Part shown: piece after piece, positions 1-8,898 of the stretch | Layout: the number at the start of each line of letters is the position of its first letter | Numbering within the stretch: position 1 is the first letter of the stretch | Virus record (IMG/VR): IMGVR_UViG_2671180296_000012 | From: a virus | Taxonomy: Duplodnaviria; Heunggongvirae; Uroviricota; Caudoviricetes | Direction: 5' to 3' (one strand) | Length of the DNA: 35,325 nt | Program-made: the position numbers and the translations under genes | Notes under the pieces: model-generated | The model's input: only the letters and a program-made list of their open reading frames with translations | What the model was told of the DNA's origin: nothing | Databases searched by the model: none

Positions 1-1002
1 TTACCCTCTATTGTCAAAAGGGTTCAATTCAACAGCAGCCTCTAAATGACCTGGAGCAAAATGCGCATAACGCATAGTCATTTTTATATCGCTATGCCCC
101 AGTATTTTTTGCAACACAAGAATATTTCCGCCCCGCATCATAAAATGACTGGCAAACGTGTGACGTAGCACATGAGTTAATTGCCCATCAGGAAGCTCGA
201 TCTTCGCTCTCTTAATTGCAGCGTCAAAAGCCTCATAACATGGTGAAAATAGCGCTCCTCGTTTTTTAGGAAGCATAGCCTGCAATTGAGGTGAAATCGG
301 TACAGTGCGGTTCTTCTTTCCTTTAGTTTTAACAAATGTGATTCGACCGGGCAGTACTTGAGATTGCTTTAATCCTTCTGCTTCACTCCACCGAGCACCA
401 GTCGCAAGCCCAATACGGACAACAACCCCCAAATCTTTATTCCGTGACTCATCACACGCAATCAGAAGGCGTTCAATCTCATCTACATACAGAAACGCCA
501 GTTCCTTTTCTTCCTCACGAAACTTGCGAATACCAGTCAGGGGGTTTTCACCAGACCACTCCCCAAGGCGCTTCAGTTCGGCAAAAACAGCATGTAGATA
601 TGACTGCTCGCGATTAACGGTTGCTTCACTAAGTTTTTTCTTCCCCTTGGGATTCCATTCTCCTGATAGCCTTCTTTCCCGATAAGTAGCAAACATATTT
701 TTGTCAAACTGAGAAGCAAATGGATCTCCCAGCCTGGAACAAATCGCCTCAAGTTTGACTTTGCGCTCTGCACCAGAGGACAAGGTTTTACCGTACATCT
801 CAAACCAACGAGCAATCAACTCAGAAAGACGAGGACCAGAACCATCTTGAAACTCGTCTCCAACTCTACTATTCATTAAACGGCGCTCATAAGAGAGCGC
901 CTCACTTTTTGTCGCAAACTGTTTACGAATGCGTTTTCCCGATGCCCCGTAGGGATAACATTCGCAAAGCCATTTACCTGATGGAATCTTACGAACCGAC
1001 AT
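1..1002 (-). CDS. int: tyrosine site-specific integrase (P2 Int family)
   Basis: 333-aa ORF; C-terminal region has the tyrosine recombinase signature (ARWSEA, THVLRHTFASHFMMRGGNILVLQKILGH, MTMRYAHFAP) and resembles P2 Int from memory. Confidence 0.9.
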   Translation of the reverse strand: MSVRKIPSGKWLCECYPYGASGKRIRKQFATKSEALSYERRLMNSRVGDEFQDGSGPRLSELIARWFEMYGKTLSSGAERKVKLEAICSRLGDPFASQFDKNMFATYRERRLSGEWNPKGKKKLSEATVNREQSYLHAVFAELKRLGEWSGENPLTGIRKFREEEKELAFLYVDEIERLLIACDESRNKDLGVVVRIGLATGARWSEAEGLKQSQVLPGRITFVKTKGKKNRTVPISPQLQAMLPKKRGALFSPCYEAFDAAIKRAKIELPDGQLTHVLRHTFASHFMMRGGNILVLQKILGHSDIKMTMRYAHFAPGHLEAAVELNPFDNRG

Positions 1003-1007
1003 TTTAG

Positions 1008-1355
1008 TTACTTATCACATAAATCAAATGCAGCCTTAGTGACATCCCCCAGACTCTTTTTTAACCCTGGGGCGGCATCATTATCTAGCCAAAATGGATT
1101 ATTGTTATCTAACGGTAACGCACCAAATGTTTTACCTTTTATTCGAGCCAAACCTGTAAGTGCATATAACTTATTATCGTCAAAATTCATCACATAAGGA
1201 TTACCATCAAGACACTGTAATTGAACCTCATCAGTATTAAATGGCCATACCCCATTGAAACTCTCACGTTCAATAGTTTTAAAAGGCATTGCGACGGCGG
1301 AAAAAGAAAACATAGATAAAAAAGTAACTAATAGTTGAACCTTTTTTACTTTCAT
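1008..1355 (-). CDS. secreted small protein, YebY/DUF2511-like (accessory)
   Basis: 115 aa with an N-terminal signal-peptide-like hydrophobic segment. Pattern W-x-FN, EV-L-C, GN-YV-N, DNNNP, C-terminal LC resembles the E. coli YebY family as recalled; assignment is from memory only. Confidence 0.55.
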   Translation of the reverse strand: MKVKKVQLLVTFLSMFSFSAVAMPFKTIERESFNGVWPFNTDEVQLQCLDGNPYVMNFDDNKLYALTGLARIKGKTFGALPLDNNNPFWLDNDAAPGLKKSLGDVTKAAFDLCDK

Positions 1356-1384
1356 ATCATTACCTCAATTTAGCTCAAGTAAGA

Positions 1385-2035
1385 TTACAAATTAAAAAGC
1401 ACCCTAGAAATGACACCGCCTACCAACCCCCCTACGCAGATAAAGAATATTATTTCTTTTGGATAAAGTCGGATTAATTCTGAAGCACGAAGTCGGACTT
1501 CTGGTAAGGTCGAACTCTCTGTGTGGCTTGATGCCGATTGTTGCTCTAACCACGACAATGCAGACTGTAACTGAGAACGAGTAAGATCGTTTAAACGTCC
1601 TGTACCGAAATTGATATGGCAATACCGCAGAAGTTTTTGTCGAAGTCCACAGTCTTCACTGTTACGTAGTAATAAACTTACAAGAGCCTTACAGGCATCA
1701 TGATCTTTACATCGCTCAAGCATTGCATGCAGAAAACTCTCCGCTGTTTTATATTGATTTACTGTCATATCATCAATACCAGCTACACCAATCTCCGCAT
1801 GTACTTTTTGCCAAATAATAAACGCTTCAGTATTGCTAGCTTCTGCAATAGCAGCAACCAAGCTATTTAGCTCCTTACGCTGAGCCTTAAGCAAAGGGCG
1901 ATCGTCATCATCATTATTCGAAGGGATTGCGATATTGACGGTATGAGAACCATCATATCGCTCTATCTGAATATTCTTTTCGTGAAAATCACGCCCAGCA
2001 ACGCGATTGTTTGAACCGTTTGAGTTGACGGCCAT
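1385..2035 (-). CDS. hypothetical protein with C-terminal membrane anchor (accessory)
   Basis: 216-aa ORF ending in a hydrophobic segment (IIFFICVGGLVGGVISRVLF). N-terminus contains NNRVAGRDFHE, matching NNRIAGRDYNE at the C-terminus of the adjacent repressor. Confidence 0.6.
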   Translation of the reverse strand: MAVNSNGSNNRVAGRDFHEKNIQIERYDGSHTVNIAIPSNNDDDDRPLLKAQRKELNSLVAAIAEASNTEAFIIWQKVHAEIGVAGIDDMTVNQYKTAESFLHAMLERCKDHDACKALVSLLLRNSEDCGLRQKLLRYCHINFGTGRLNDLTRSQLQSALSWLEQQSASSHTESSTLPEVRLRASELIRLYPKEIIFFICVGGLVGGVISRVLFNL

Positions 2036-2050
2036 GTCACCTCCCTACTA

Positions 2051-2455
2051 TCACCTACCCTTAGTTTCGTTATAGTCACGACCAGCAATACGGTTATTAC
2101 CACCAGAAATATTTAACTCACGTCCTGATGGCTGAGTTTCCTTTTCACTGATCGCACCTTTTAAAGCCCCAATCACCGCGTTTTTCACATCTAACGAAGC
2201 TGCTCGAAAGCGAGTAATCAACTCCTGCTCATCATCGTTATAAGTTTCAGGTGAGTGAATTCCCAACACAACATACTGAACATCAAGGCCAAAACGAGAC
2301 AGCGCTGCCAAATACGCAGCATCAGGAAAGCTATCTCCTTTCTCATATCTAAGCTGAGTTAGCTTTTTGACTCCACCAATGTCGCTCATGGCAACTTGAC
2401 TAAGTCCCAATCTTTCCCTTTCCTCACGCAACCGCTGACCAATATCATTTTTCAT
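2051..2455 (-). CDS. XRE-family helix-turn-helix repressor (immunity repressor, CI/C-like)
   Basis: 134 aa; N-terminal HTH-like segment (LREERERLGLSQVAMSDIGGVKKLTQLRYEKG); divergent from the early operon, the position of the immunity repressor in P2/186-type phages. Confidence 0.75.
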   Translation of the reverse strand: MKNDIGQRLREERERLGLSQVAMSDIGGVKKLTQLRYEKGDSFPDAAYLAALSRFGLDVQYVVLGIHSPETYNDDEQELITRFRAASLDVKNAVIGALKGAISEKETQPSGRELNISGGNNRIAGRDYNETKGR

Positions 2456-2470
2456 ACAAAAACCTTGACA

Positions 2471-2488
2471 GGTATCTTTTTTGATACC
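2471..2488. promoter_or_regulatory. perfect palindrome GGTATC-N6-GATACC in the repressor/early-operon divergent region (candidate operator), next to a TTGACA hexamer at 2465-2470
   Basis: Read directly from sequence: ggtatc tttttt gatacc. Location between divergent repressor and early genes. Confidence 0.35.
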
Positions 2489-2530
2489 AAAATGATTTCA
2501 CGAGCTATTAGATGATCACAATATACCACT

Positions 2531-2737
2531 ATGAAACAAGTTCTTCACGATACCAGATCACGCATTCCGCGTAACACCGCCACAGGTCCAAGACTGGCAC
2601 TTCGGCTGTCCCTCGAGGAGCGAGCCGTCATTGATGAAATGGCAGCTAAAGAACAACGCTCATCCTCTAACATGGCGCGCATGATCTTCCTTCGCGGCCT
2701 AGAGCTAACCCAGAAAGAACAAAACAAATCTTCCTGA
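2531..2737 (+). CDS. small early-operon protein, possible ribbon-helix-helix regulator
   Basis: 68-aa ORF; no obvious Shine-Dalgarno upstream, so the start is uncertain. Motif LSLEERAVIDEMAAKEQRSSSNMARMIFLRGL resembles RHH/CopG-type proteins. Confidence 0.4.
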   Translation: MKQVLHDTRSRIPRNTATGPRLALRLSLEERAVIDEMAAKEQRSSSNMARMIFLRGLELTQKEQNKSS

Positions 2738-2753
2738 TCAGGAGGCTAGTGGG

Positions 2754-2957
2754 ATGTCAGGTATAACCATCAATATCAATGTGAATGCCCCCTATGTATC
2801 CCTGCAGAAATATGCAGAGATAACAGGTATCCCTCTTAATACATGCAAAAAGATGTTGGCTGACGGTCGAATTATTATCCGCCCCAAACGCGCCAAAATG
2901 GAAAAGCCTGAAGTAAACCTTGTGGCGATGTTAAAAGACGCTTTGGCTAACAGCTAA
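2754..2957 (+). CDS. Cox/Apl-like excisionase-type HTH protein
   Basis: 67 aa preceded by AGGAGG. Segment YVSLQKYAEITGIPLNTCKKMLADGRI resembles the HTH of P2 Cox as recalled. Confidence 0.6.
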   Translation: MSGITININVNAPYVSLQKYAEITGIPLNTCKKMLADGRIIIRPKRAKMEKPEVNLVAMLKDALANS

Positions 2958-2978
2958 AACAATGAACAGAGCACCATC

Positions 2979-3329
2979 ATGAAAAAAAACGCTAATAATC
3001 CATACTCCAAATTTCGTAATGGCGTAGAACGCCATGTACACCACGTCACTACCAGTGCATCACGTAGTAACAGTCGCTATAACCTGAACGAGACGCACGC
3101 AACACCGGATGGCCACGCTGTAAAACAAATCGGCGAGCATGCCTGGCTGATTGAGAAAGCTGGAATCGTGGTCCACAAATGCCCACGCAATCCGTTTACC
3201 GGAAACCGCATTTTTGCATTGAGCTGTGGCGACAATCAGTTCGGGCAGGATTTCACATTATACGAAGCACTTCGCACGGTTGATCGTCTGCTTCGCAGGC
3301 AAAGTTTTATTAAACAGGCTGATTTATAA
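2979..3329 (+). CDS. hypothetical early protein
   Basis: 116-aa ORF in the early operon; no recognisable motif. Confidence 0.5.
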   Translation: MKKNANNPYSKFRNGVERHVHHVTTSASRSNSRYNLNETHATPDGHAVKQIGEHAWLIEKAGIVVHKCPRNPFTGNRIFALSCGDNQFGQDFTLYEALRTVDRLLRRQSFIKQADL

Positions 3330-3339
3330 CAGGTGCTTT

Positions 3340-3600
3340 ATGACCAAAGACCATGCACAAGGTGTATTTATCCGTTTTATTGATTTTCGCGGTGAACTGT
3401 TATTACGTGCATCCGCTATTGACGGAGTGACTCCGGCGGGTAAAAACGGAGCCGACGAAGCCACTTACGTTTATCTGAACGGCACGCGACTGCTTGTGGA
3501 ACTTCCGTACCAGACCGTACGAGAAATCATTAGCGAAGCTGAAAAGGCACGCCAAGTTAATGGCGATGAACCCTATATCGAAATTATTTGTATGGATTAA
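3340..3600 (+). CDS. hypothetical early protein
   Basis: In-frame ATG at 3340 within the track ORF 3226-3600, chosen to avoid overlap with the preceding gene; 86 aa. Confidence 0.5.
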   Translation: MTKDHAQGVFIRFIDFRGELLLRASAIDGVTPAGKNGADEATYVYLNGTRLLVELPYQTVREIISEAEKARQVNGDEPYIEIICMD

Positions 3601-3638
3601 GAAGCTGAAATACAGAAAGCAGATTAAAGGGCGTTGTG

Positions 3639-3881
3639 ATGGGCAAAGAATATAAAACTCTCATTAACAAAGCACTTGAGCGTTTTTATTTTCGCTTAAG
3701 TGCATCAGGCACTCATGCTGAACGTGCGGCCCGTGACTCATTGACCAGAGCAATCCGAAGTCTGTATGACGTGGCTTTTTACGCTGATGATCTGGATGCA
3801 CTTAACGAACTTTCCGAGCTGATCTGTGCCGCAGAATGCGGGGAACATATTGAACCGTATAAGCTGGGAAATATCGCATGA
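3639..3881 (+). CDS. hypothetical early protein
   Basis: 80-aa ORF; ATG at 3639 immediately follows the GTG at 3636. Confidence 0.5.
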   Translation: MGKEYKTLINKALERFYFRLSASGTHAERAARDSLTRAIRSLYDVAFYADDLDALNELSELICAAECGEHIEPYKLGNIA

Positions 3882-3991
3882 GTATATTTATCTCATGGCT
3901 TGTTCTGATTATTTCGGTGGTCTGCGCCATTGGGATTATGCGAATTATTAATTCAGTAAAAAAGATTGAACGCTTTTTCACTGAAGAATAA
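3878..3991 (+). CDS. possible 37-aa hydrophobic membrane peptide
   Basis: ATG overlapping the upstream stop (ATGA); translation MSIFISWLVLIISVVCAIGIMRIINSVKKIERFFTEE; below the track's length cut-off. Confidence 0.3.
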   Translation: MSIFISWLVLIISVVCAIGIMRIINSVKKIERFFTEE

Positions 3992-4077
3992 CCGCGCAAA
4001 TAAGACCCCAGGTTAAATAAGAAAATGTGAAAACAAGCCGCATTCGCGGAGGTATTCGCACACGCCAAGGAGGCGTA

Positions 4078-4281
4078 ATGGCAATTAAGCATTTTCCTGT
4101 CGTTCGTTTCACCTCCAGAGGACGTGAATACGAAGTTGACGAACGCCTGATTACCACAATCGACAAACACCGTTCAGAAAAGGATGCACATCACATCTAT
4201 CTCACTGACGGCACTTACTTCTGCGCCACCAACGTGGTGCAGGTGAATCTTATCAGACAGGTACAGGAGTCACGCAGATGA
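4078..4281 (+). CDS. hypothetical early protein
   Basis: ATG at 4078 is preceded by AAGGAGG at good spacing; 67 aa (MAIKHFPVVRF...). The track ORF begins upstream at 4027. Confidence 0.5.
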   Translation: MAIKHFPVVRFTSRGREYEVDERLITTIDKHRSEKDAHHIYLTDGTYFCATNVVQVNLIRQVQESRR

Positions 4282-4523
4282 CCATTCTGGACTACATCGC
4301 TGCCAATCCGGGTTGTAGCGGTGGAGAAATCGCCGCAGCACTGAATACACCAACCACAACCATTAATGCGGAGCTACGCCGTCTCTGGCGCAGCGGTTCA
4401 GTCATAAGAAAAGAGCGCAAAACAGGCGGTCGCTTTTCCTATCAGGTAAACCCGATGCCGTTTGGGTGTAGCAACCCACTAACCCAGATGTTCAACCAGC
4501 TACTGAGGGAAATCAGAGCATGA
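4278..4523 (+). CDS. small winged-helix-like DNA-binding protein
   Basis: 81 aa; start overlaps the upstream stop; MTILDYIAANPGCSGGEIAAALNTPTTTINAELRRLWRSG looks like a winged-helix fold. Confidence 0.5.
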   Translation: MTILDYIAANPGCSGGEIAAALNTPTTTINAELRRLWRSGSVIRKERKTGGRFSYQVNPMPFGCSNPLTQMFNQLLREIRA

Positions 4524-4664
4524 GCACCTCCAACTGCCGGAAACCACGTCAGGCTTCAGCAGCTCATCCGGCTGCAAAACAAACTCCATTAATTCCTGTT
4601 CCGGGCCTTTCCTGCACCTTGTGGCGGGAGGCCTTCGCACATCTGTAACAAGAGGAGTGCCGCA

Positions 4665-5030
4665 ATGATTCTCGCCAACGACTTTCTTGAATACCTGCTC
4701 AACACAGAGCGTGATCTTGCCGTTCGCGTGCGTGAACGTTATGACATGTACCTGAAATCCCTGCCTGTACCGCAGCTCGCTGACGGAAAGATTGTTATTG
4801 ATGGTCGCTACATGATTGACAGCCACGAGGGAAATTACAGGCTTTACCGCATTGAAGGTGGCACCCCGTCCGTTATTGGCATTTACCAGCGCCCATCCTC
4901 TGCAATCGTCGATGTGATTGCCGACAGCATCCGCATCACACATCGCCATGCCGACACAGAAGACACCGTGCTGGAAATTCAGCGGCTGGCTACAGTCTGC
5001 CGCGACACCCTGAATGGCATGACGAAGTAA
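4665..5030 (+). CDS. hypothetical protein immediately upstream of replication gene A
   Basis: 121-aa ORF, co-directional and abutting A. Confidence 0.5.
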   Translation: MILANDFLEYLLNTERDLAVRVRERYDMYLKSLPVPQLADGKIVIDGRYMIDSHEGNYRLYRIEGGTPSVIGIYQRPSSAIVDVIADSIRITHRHADTEDTVLEIQRLATVCRDTLNGMTK

Positions 5031-5036
5031 ATCACT

Positions 5037-7829
5037 ATGACGGCAGAGTACATCAGGGACTGGCAACAACCGCGCCACGCAGTGGGGCGTGAAGGAACGG
5101 GGATCCCCGCTCCTGAATCCGCGCTTTCCTCCTGGCTGGATGCCTACCGGGTAGAGAACGAGCGCCGCCAGGAAATGGCTGATGCGGCGTTCTCCGCCAC
5201 GCCGCAGGGCAACCTGATTAATAAAAGCCTGGACGCACAGGAAAAACAGGACAAAACCATCACACTGGCAGGAGACGCCAGAAAACAGGCACGCGGCGCG
5301 GTGGATGAAGCCATGGCCTCGCTGCGCCTGCTGCCGTCCTATCTGCGCGATCCGCTTATTCGCCACCTCTCCTTCCTGCGCAAAAAACAGGAAGCCGATC
5401 GCCGGAAAGGCAAAAAGAGCTGGCAGGCGGAACGCTATGCACGCGGAACCCTGCGCAAAATATTCGAACGTCTGGATAGCACTGACGGACGCTGGCTGAC
5501 ACCGGGTTATCGCTCCCTTGCCGGACGCGAACGCCTGGACGATTTGCTTTACCTGCCGCAGCTCAACAAACACCAGATACAGACGCTGGCCACCATGACG
5601 GCGGCGATGTTCAGCAGCACCTTCGAAAAACTCTGCGATGGCTTTGGCGCGACCGATGGCGAGCTGACCATGGATGTAACGCTGAAGGCGTATCAGATGC
5701 TGGCCCGCATGGCGTTACACCTGCACGCCATGCCTCCACATTATGACGCACTAACAACAGACAAAGACCGGAGGAACGAACCGGACACGGAGCTGCTGCC
5801 GAGCGCAATCCTTCGCCTGACCTGTGCGGAATGGTGGAAACGCAAACTGTGGCTGTTACGTTGCGAGTGGCGGGAAGAACAACTCCGCGCCGCCTGTCTG
5901 GTTTCCAGAAAGACATCACCCTATCTGAGCCAGGACGCGTTAAGCGAGTTTCGCGCACAGCGCGAGAAAACACGCGATTTCCTGAAAAGTTTCATGCTGG
6001 AAAACGAAGACGGGTTCACGATTGATCTCGAGACAGTGTATTACGCGGGAGTAAGTAACCCGGTTCACCGTAAGGCAGAAATGATGGCCACCATGAAGGG
6101 ACTGGAACTTCTGGCCGAAGCCCGTGGCGACAGAGCGGTGTTTCTGACCGTCACCTGCCCGTCAAAATACCACGCAACAACGGAGAACGGTCATCCGAAC
6201 CCCAAATGGAACGGGGCCACCATGCGCGACTCCAGCGATTACCTGGTTAACACGTTTTTTGCGGCGGTCCGCAAAAAACTGAACCGCGACGGCCTGCGCT
6301 GGTATGGCATCCGCACGGTGGAGCCTCACCATGACGGCACTGTGCACTGGCATATGATGGTCTTTGCACATCCGGACGAGATTGAAACCATCGTGTCCCA
6401 CGTCTGCGATATTGCCATTCAGGAGGACCGCCACGAGCTGGGCGATGACATAACTCCGCGTTTTAAGGCGGAGTATGTCGACGGCTCAAAAGGCACACCA
6501 ACCAGCTACATCGCCACCTACATCGGAAAGAACCTGGACAGCCGCGCCGTGGATGGCATCGACCCGAAAACGGGCAAGCCACGCGTTGACCACGAAACCG
6601 GAAAATCAATGGCCGAGAGCGTGGAGCGCGCCATCGGCTGGGCGCGCCTTCACCGGGTCCGCCAGTTCCAGTTCTTTGGCATTCCCTCCCGTCAGGTGTG
6701 GCGTGAACTCCGCCGCCTTGCCAGCCAGATGGCACGCAACCCGGAGGGCCCGCAACGGCTGAAGGATGACGCAATGGATGCGGTTCTTGCTGCCGCTGAT
6801 GCCGGGTGTTTTGCCACCTACATTGAAAAACAGGGTGGCGTACTTGTTCCGCGCAAGGACTACCTGATTCGCACAGCCTACGACCTCGCAGATGAGCTGA
6901 ACGATTACGGCGAACAGAGTGTACAGATTTACGGGATCTGGTCGCCACTCATCGGGGAATCCTCCCGTGTGTGCACGCACCCGGATAACTGGAAGCTGGT
7001 AAGACGTAAACCGGAAGCGGAAGACAGCACCCACGAAAATGGTTTTGACCTTCAGGGCGGCCCTGCCGCCCCTTGGACTCGTGGCAATAACTGTCCCCGT
7101 GTACAGGAAACGAACAACAACGGGACAGAACAGCCGGAAGAACGGCCAGCACCGTGGCCGCAGCTTCCTGACGGCGTTGACGTGAATGAATGGATGCGCT
7201 CACTGAAACGGCACGAACGTCGGGCGCTGATGCGTTCGCTTCGCGACAAACAGGCAAAAAACAGCAGTGATGAAATGCAGAACTGGTCACAGAGCCGCAA
7301 GCAGCCGCGGCCTTTGCCTGATAACCACGAATTACTCGCTAAAGAATGGCGGGAGTCTGTCGAATCTCTCGGCCTGCATATCGGTGAACAACAGATGCTG
7401 CACCTGTTACGGGGCGGCAGTCTGTACGTTGACGGCAGCATCATTGCACCGCAGGGATTTGAAATTGTACGCAAACCGGATACCCGCCCGGACAGCCGAA
7501 TCACGCAGCTCTGGCAGCGCCTGAGCCGTAATCACGGCGTAAGCAGCACGGAGATCCGTCATAACCCGGTCGCCAGCTATCTGGAACAGCTGGGGGCATC
7601 AGACCCCGAAGCCGCCGCACGCCTGGCATCCACACTTCAGCAGGACCAGAACACCATGAAAACACCCGTTACCGTGCTTTCTGACATGCTGCGCGCCATC
7701 CGTAACGCAGAGCACGAACAGAGAATCAGTGAAACCACTGAACGCGCCCGCCGCAAAGCAGACCTGCTGCGGGGTGGACTGACCAGTGGAAACAAAAACA
7801 GACAGAAACGGGATTCACAAATCCCGTAA
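5037..7829 (+). CDS. A: replication initiation protein gpA (HUH rolling-circle endonuclease)
   Basis: 930 aa; HUH-type motif GTVHWHMMVFAHP and paired-tyrosine motif YIATYIGKN, as in the P2 gpA family. Confidence 0.9.
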   Translation: MTAEYIRDWQQPRHAVGREGTGIPAPESALSSWLDAYRVENERRQEMADAAFSATPQGNLINKSLDAQEKQDKTITLAGDARKQARGAVDEAMASLRLLPSYLRDPLIRHLSFLRKKQEADRRKGKKSWQAERYARGTLRKIFERLDSTDGRWLTPGYRSLAGRERLDDLLYLPQLNKHQIQTLATMTAAMFSSTFEKLCDGFGATDGELTMDVTLKAYQMLARMALHLHAMPPHYDALTTDKDRRNEPDTELLPSAILRLTCAEWWKRKLWLLRCEWREEQLRAACLVSRKTSPYLSQDALSEFRAQREKTRDFLKSFMLENEDGFTIDLETVYYAGVSNPVHRKAEMMATMKGLELLAEARGDRAVFLTVTCPSKYHATTENGHPNPKWNGATMRDSSDYLVNTFFAAVRKKLNRDGLRWYGIRTVEPHHDGTVHWHMMVFAHPDEIETIVSHVCDIAIQEDRHELGDDITPRFKAEYVDGSKGTPTSYIATYIGKNLDSRAVDGIDPKTGKPRVDHETGKSMAESVERAIGWARLHRVRQFQFFGIPSRQVWRELRRLASQMARNPEGPQRLKDDAMDAVLAAADAGCFATYIEKQGGVLVPRKDYLIRTAYDLADELNDYGEQSVQIYGIWSPLIGESSRVCTHPDNWKLVRRKPEAEDSTHENGFDLQGGPAAPWTRGNNCPRVQETNNNGTEQPEERPAPWPQLPDGVDVNEWMRSLKRHERRALMRSLRDKQAKNSSDEMQNWSQSRKQPRPLPDNHELLAKEWRESVESLGLHIGEQQMLHLLRGGSLYVDGSIIAPQGFEIVRKPDTRPDSRITQLWQRLSRNHGVSSTEIRHNPVASYLEQLGASDPEAAARLASTLQQDQNTMKTPVTVLSDMLRAIRNAEHEQRISETTERARRKADLLRGGLTSGNKNRQKRDSQIP

Positions 7830-7899
7830 ATGAGCAAAAAACGCGCCATAAAACATGAAGTGCGCACAAAACAGGCAAAAGCGGGATTTCAGAATCCCG
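7808..7899. promoter_or_regulatory. two near-identical palindromes (ACGGGATT-N4-AATCCCGT at 7808-7827; CGGGATT-N4-AATCCCG at 7882-7899) upstream of parM; candidate parC-like centromere/operator
   Basis: Read directly; centres about 73 bp apart; the first overlaps the 3' end of gene A; located where parC lies relative to parM in R1-type loci. Confidence 0.35.
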
Positions 7900-7934
7900 T
7901 AAACGATTAATTAATCAACATAAGGAAAAGCGAC

Positions 7935-8894
7935 ATGAAAATTTGTATCGACGACGGCTCCACCAACATCAAGCTGGCATGGACTGAGAACGGCGAACGC
8001 CGCAACGCCATCAGCCCGAACAGCTTCAAGTCGGAATGGTCTGCGCCGTTCGGTGGCACGCAGCCCGCGAACTACATGCTTGATGGCGTGCGCTATGGCT
8101 TTGATCCGGTCAGCGATCGCTTTGTCCAGACGACCGACACGCAGTACCAGTACAGCGATGTGAATGTAGTTGCCATTCATCACGCACTGGTCAAATCAGG
8201 CATCACACCACAGGAAGTGGATGTGGTTGTCACCCTACCACTGAGCGAGTATTTCGACACAAACGCACAGCCGGACATGGCCAACATCAACCGCAAAAAA
8301 GCGAACGTCATGCGCCCGGCGGAGTACCAGAACGGCGAAGCATTCACTATCCGTAACGTACGGGTTATGCCTGAATCCATTCCGGCTGGCTTTAAAGCAC
8401 TGGCTGACATGAGTCCGTTTGAATCCCTGCTGATTGTGGATTTAGGCGGAACCACGCTGGATGTGGCAAAGGTTCAGGGACAACTGGCAGGTATCAGCCA
8501 GGTGTTTTGCGATCCACACGTAGGCGTTTCCCTGATGGCCGATGCCGTACTGTCGGTGATGGCCACTAACGGTATGCGTACCAGTCACCACATCGCCAAT
8601 ACCATTATCGAACATCGCCATGATGAAGCCTGGCTGCGCCAGCACATCCACAATGACGCGCATTACGACAGCCTGATGGCGGTTATTCGTGAAAAGGAAG
8701 AAACACTGAAACAACGCGTGATCCGCGCGCTGGCGGGTTTTTCGGGTTACGGGCGGGTGATGGTTGTCGGTGGAGGGGCGGAGATTGTGGCACCCGCTAT
8801 CCGCGAAGCCTGCGGAGTTAATGCGACTTTCATCGCGGACGGGGTGCCACAGTTTGCTCTGGTTAATGGGCTGTACGCAATGGACAAGGAGTAA
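7935..8894 (+). CDS. parM: actin-like segregation ATPase ParM/StbA homolog
   Basis: 319 aa; strong resemblance to plasmid R1 ParM as recalled (MKICIDDGSTNIKLAW, ISPNSFK, YSDVNVVAIHHAL, VMPESIPAG, LLIVDLGGTTLDV, VMVVGGGAE). Confidence 0.85.
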   Translation: MKICIDDGSTNIKLAWTENGERRNAISPNSFKSEWSAPFGGTQPANYMLDGVRYGFDPVSDRFVQTTDTQYQYSDVNVVAIHHALVKSGITPQEVDVVVTLPLSEYFDTNAQPDMANINRKKANVMRPAEYQNGEAFTIRNVRVMPESIPAGFKALADMSPFESLLIVDLGGTTLDVAKVQGQLAGISQVFCDPHVGVSLMADAVLSVMATNGMRTSHHIANTIIEHRHDEAWLRQHIHNDAHYDSLMAVIREKEETLKQRVIRALAGFSGYGRVMVVGGGAEIVAPAIREACGVNATFIADGVPQFALVNGLYAMDKE

Positions 8895-8898
8895 ACCA

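Noticed and set aside
5611-7504. Multiple ORFs antisense or out of frame within replication gene A (5611-5973, 6162-6434, 6463-6948, 6606-7034, 6949-7290, 7052-7504)
   Set aside because: Embedded in the 930-aa gpA ORF, which carries the HUH and tyrosine motifs; the alternatives have Arg/Cys/Pro-rich shadow-ORF composition.
7808-7899. The two palindromes upstream of parM as plus-strand rho-independent terminators of gene A
   Set aside because: No T-run follows either hairpin on the plus strand (they are followed by AAA). They would look terminator-like only on the minus strand, where nothing is transcribed into them, so a protein-binding role is more likely.
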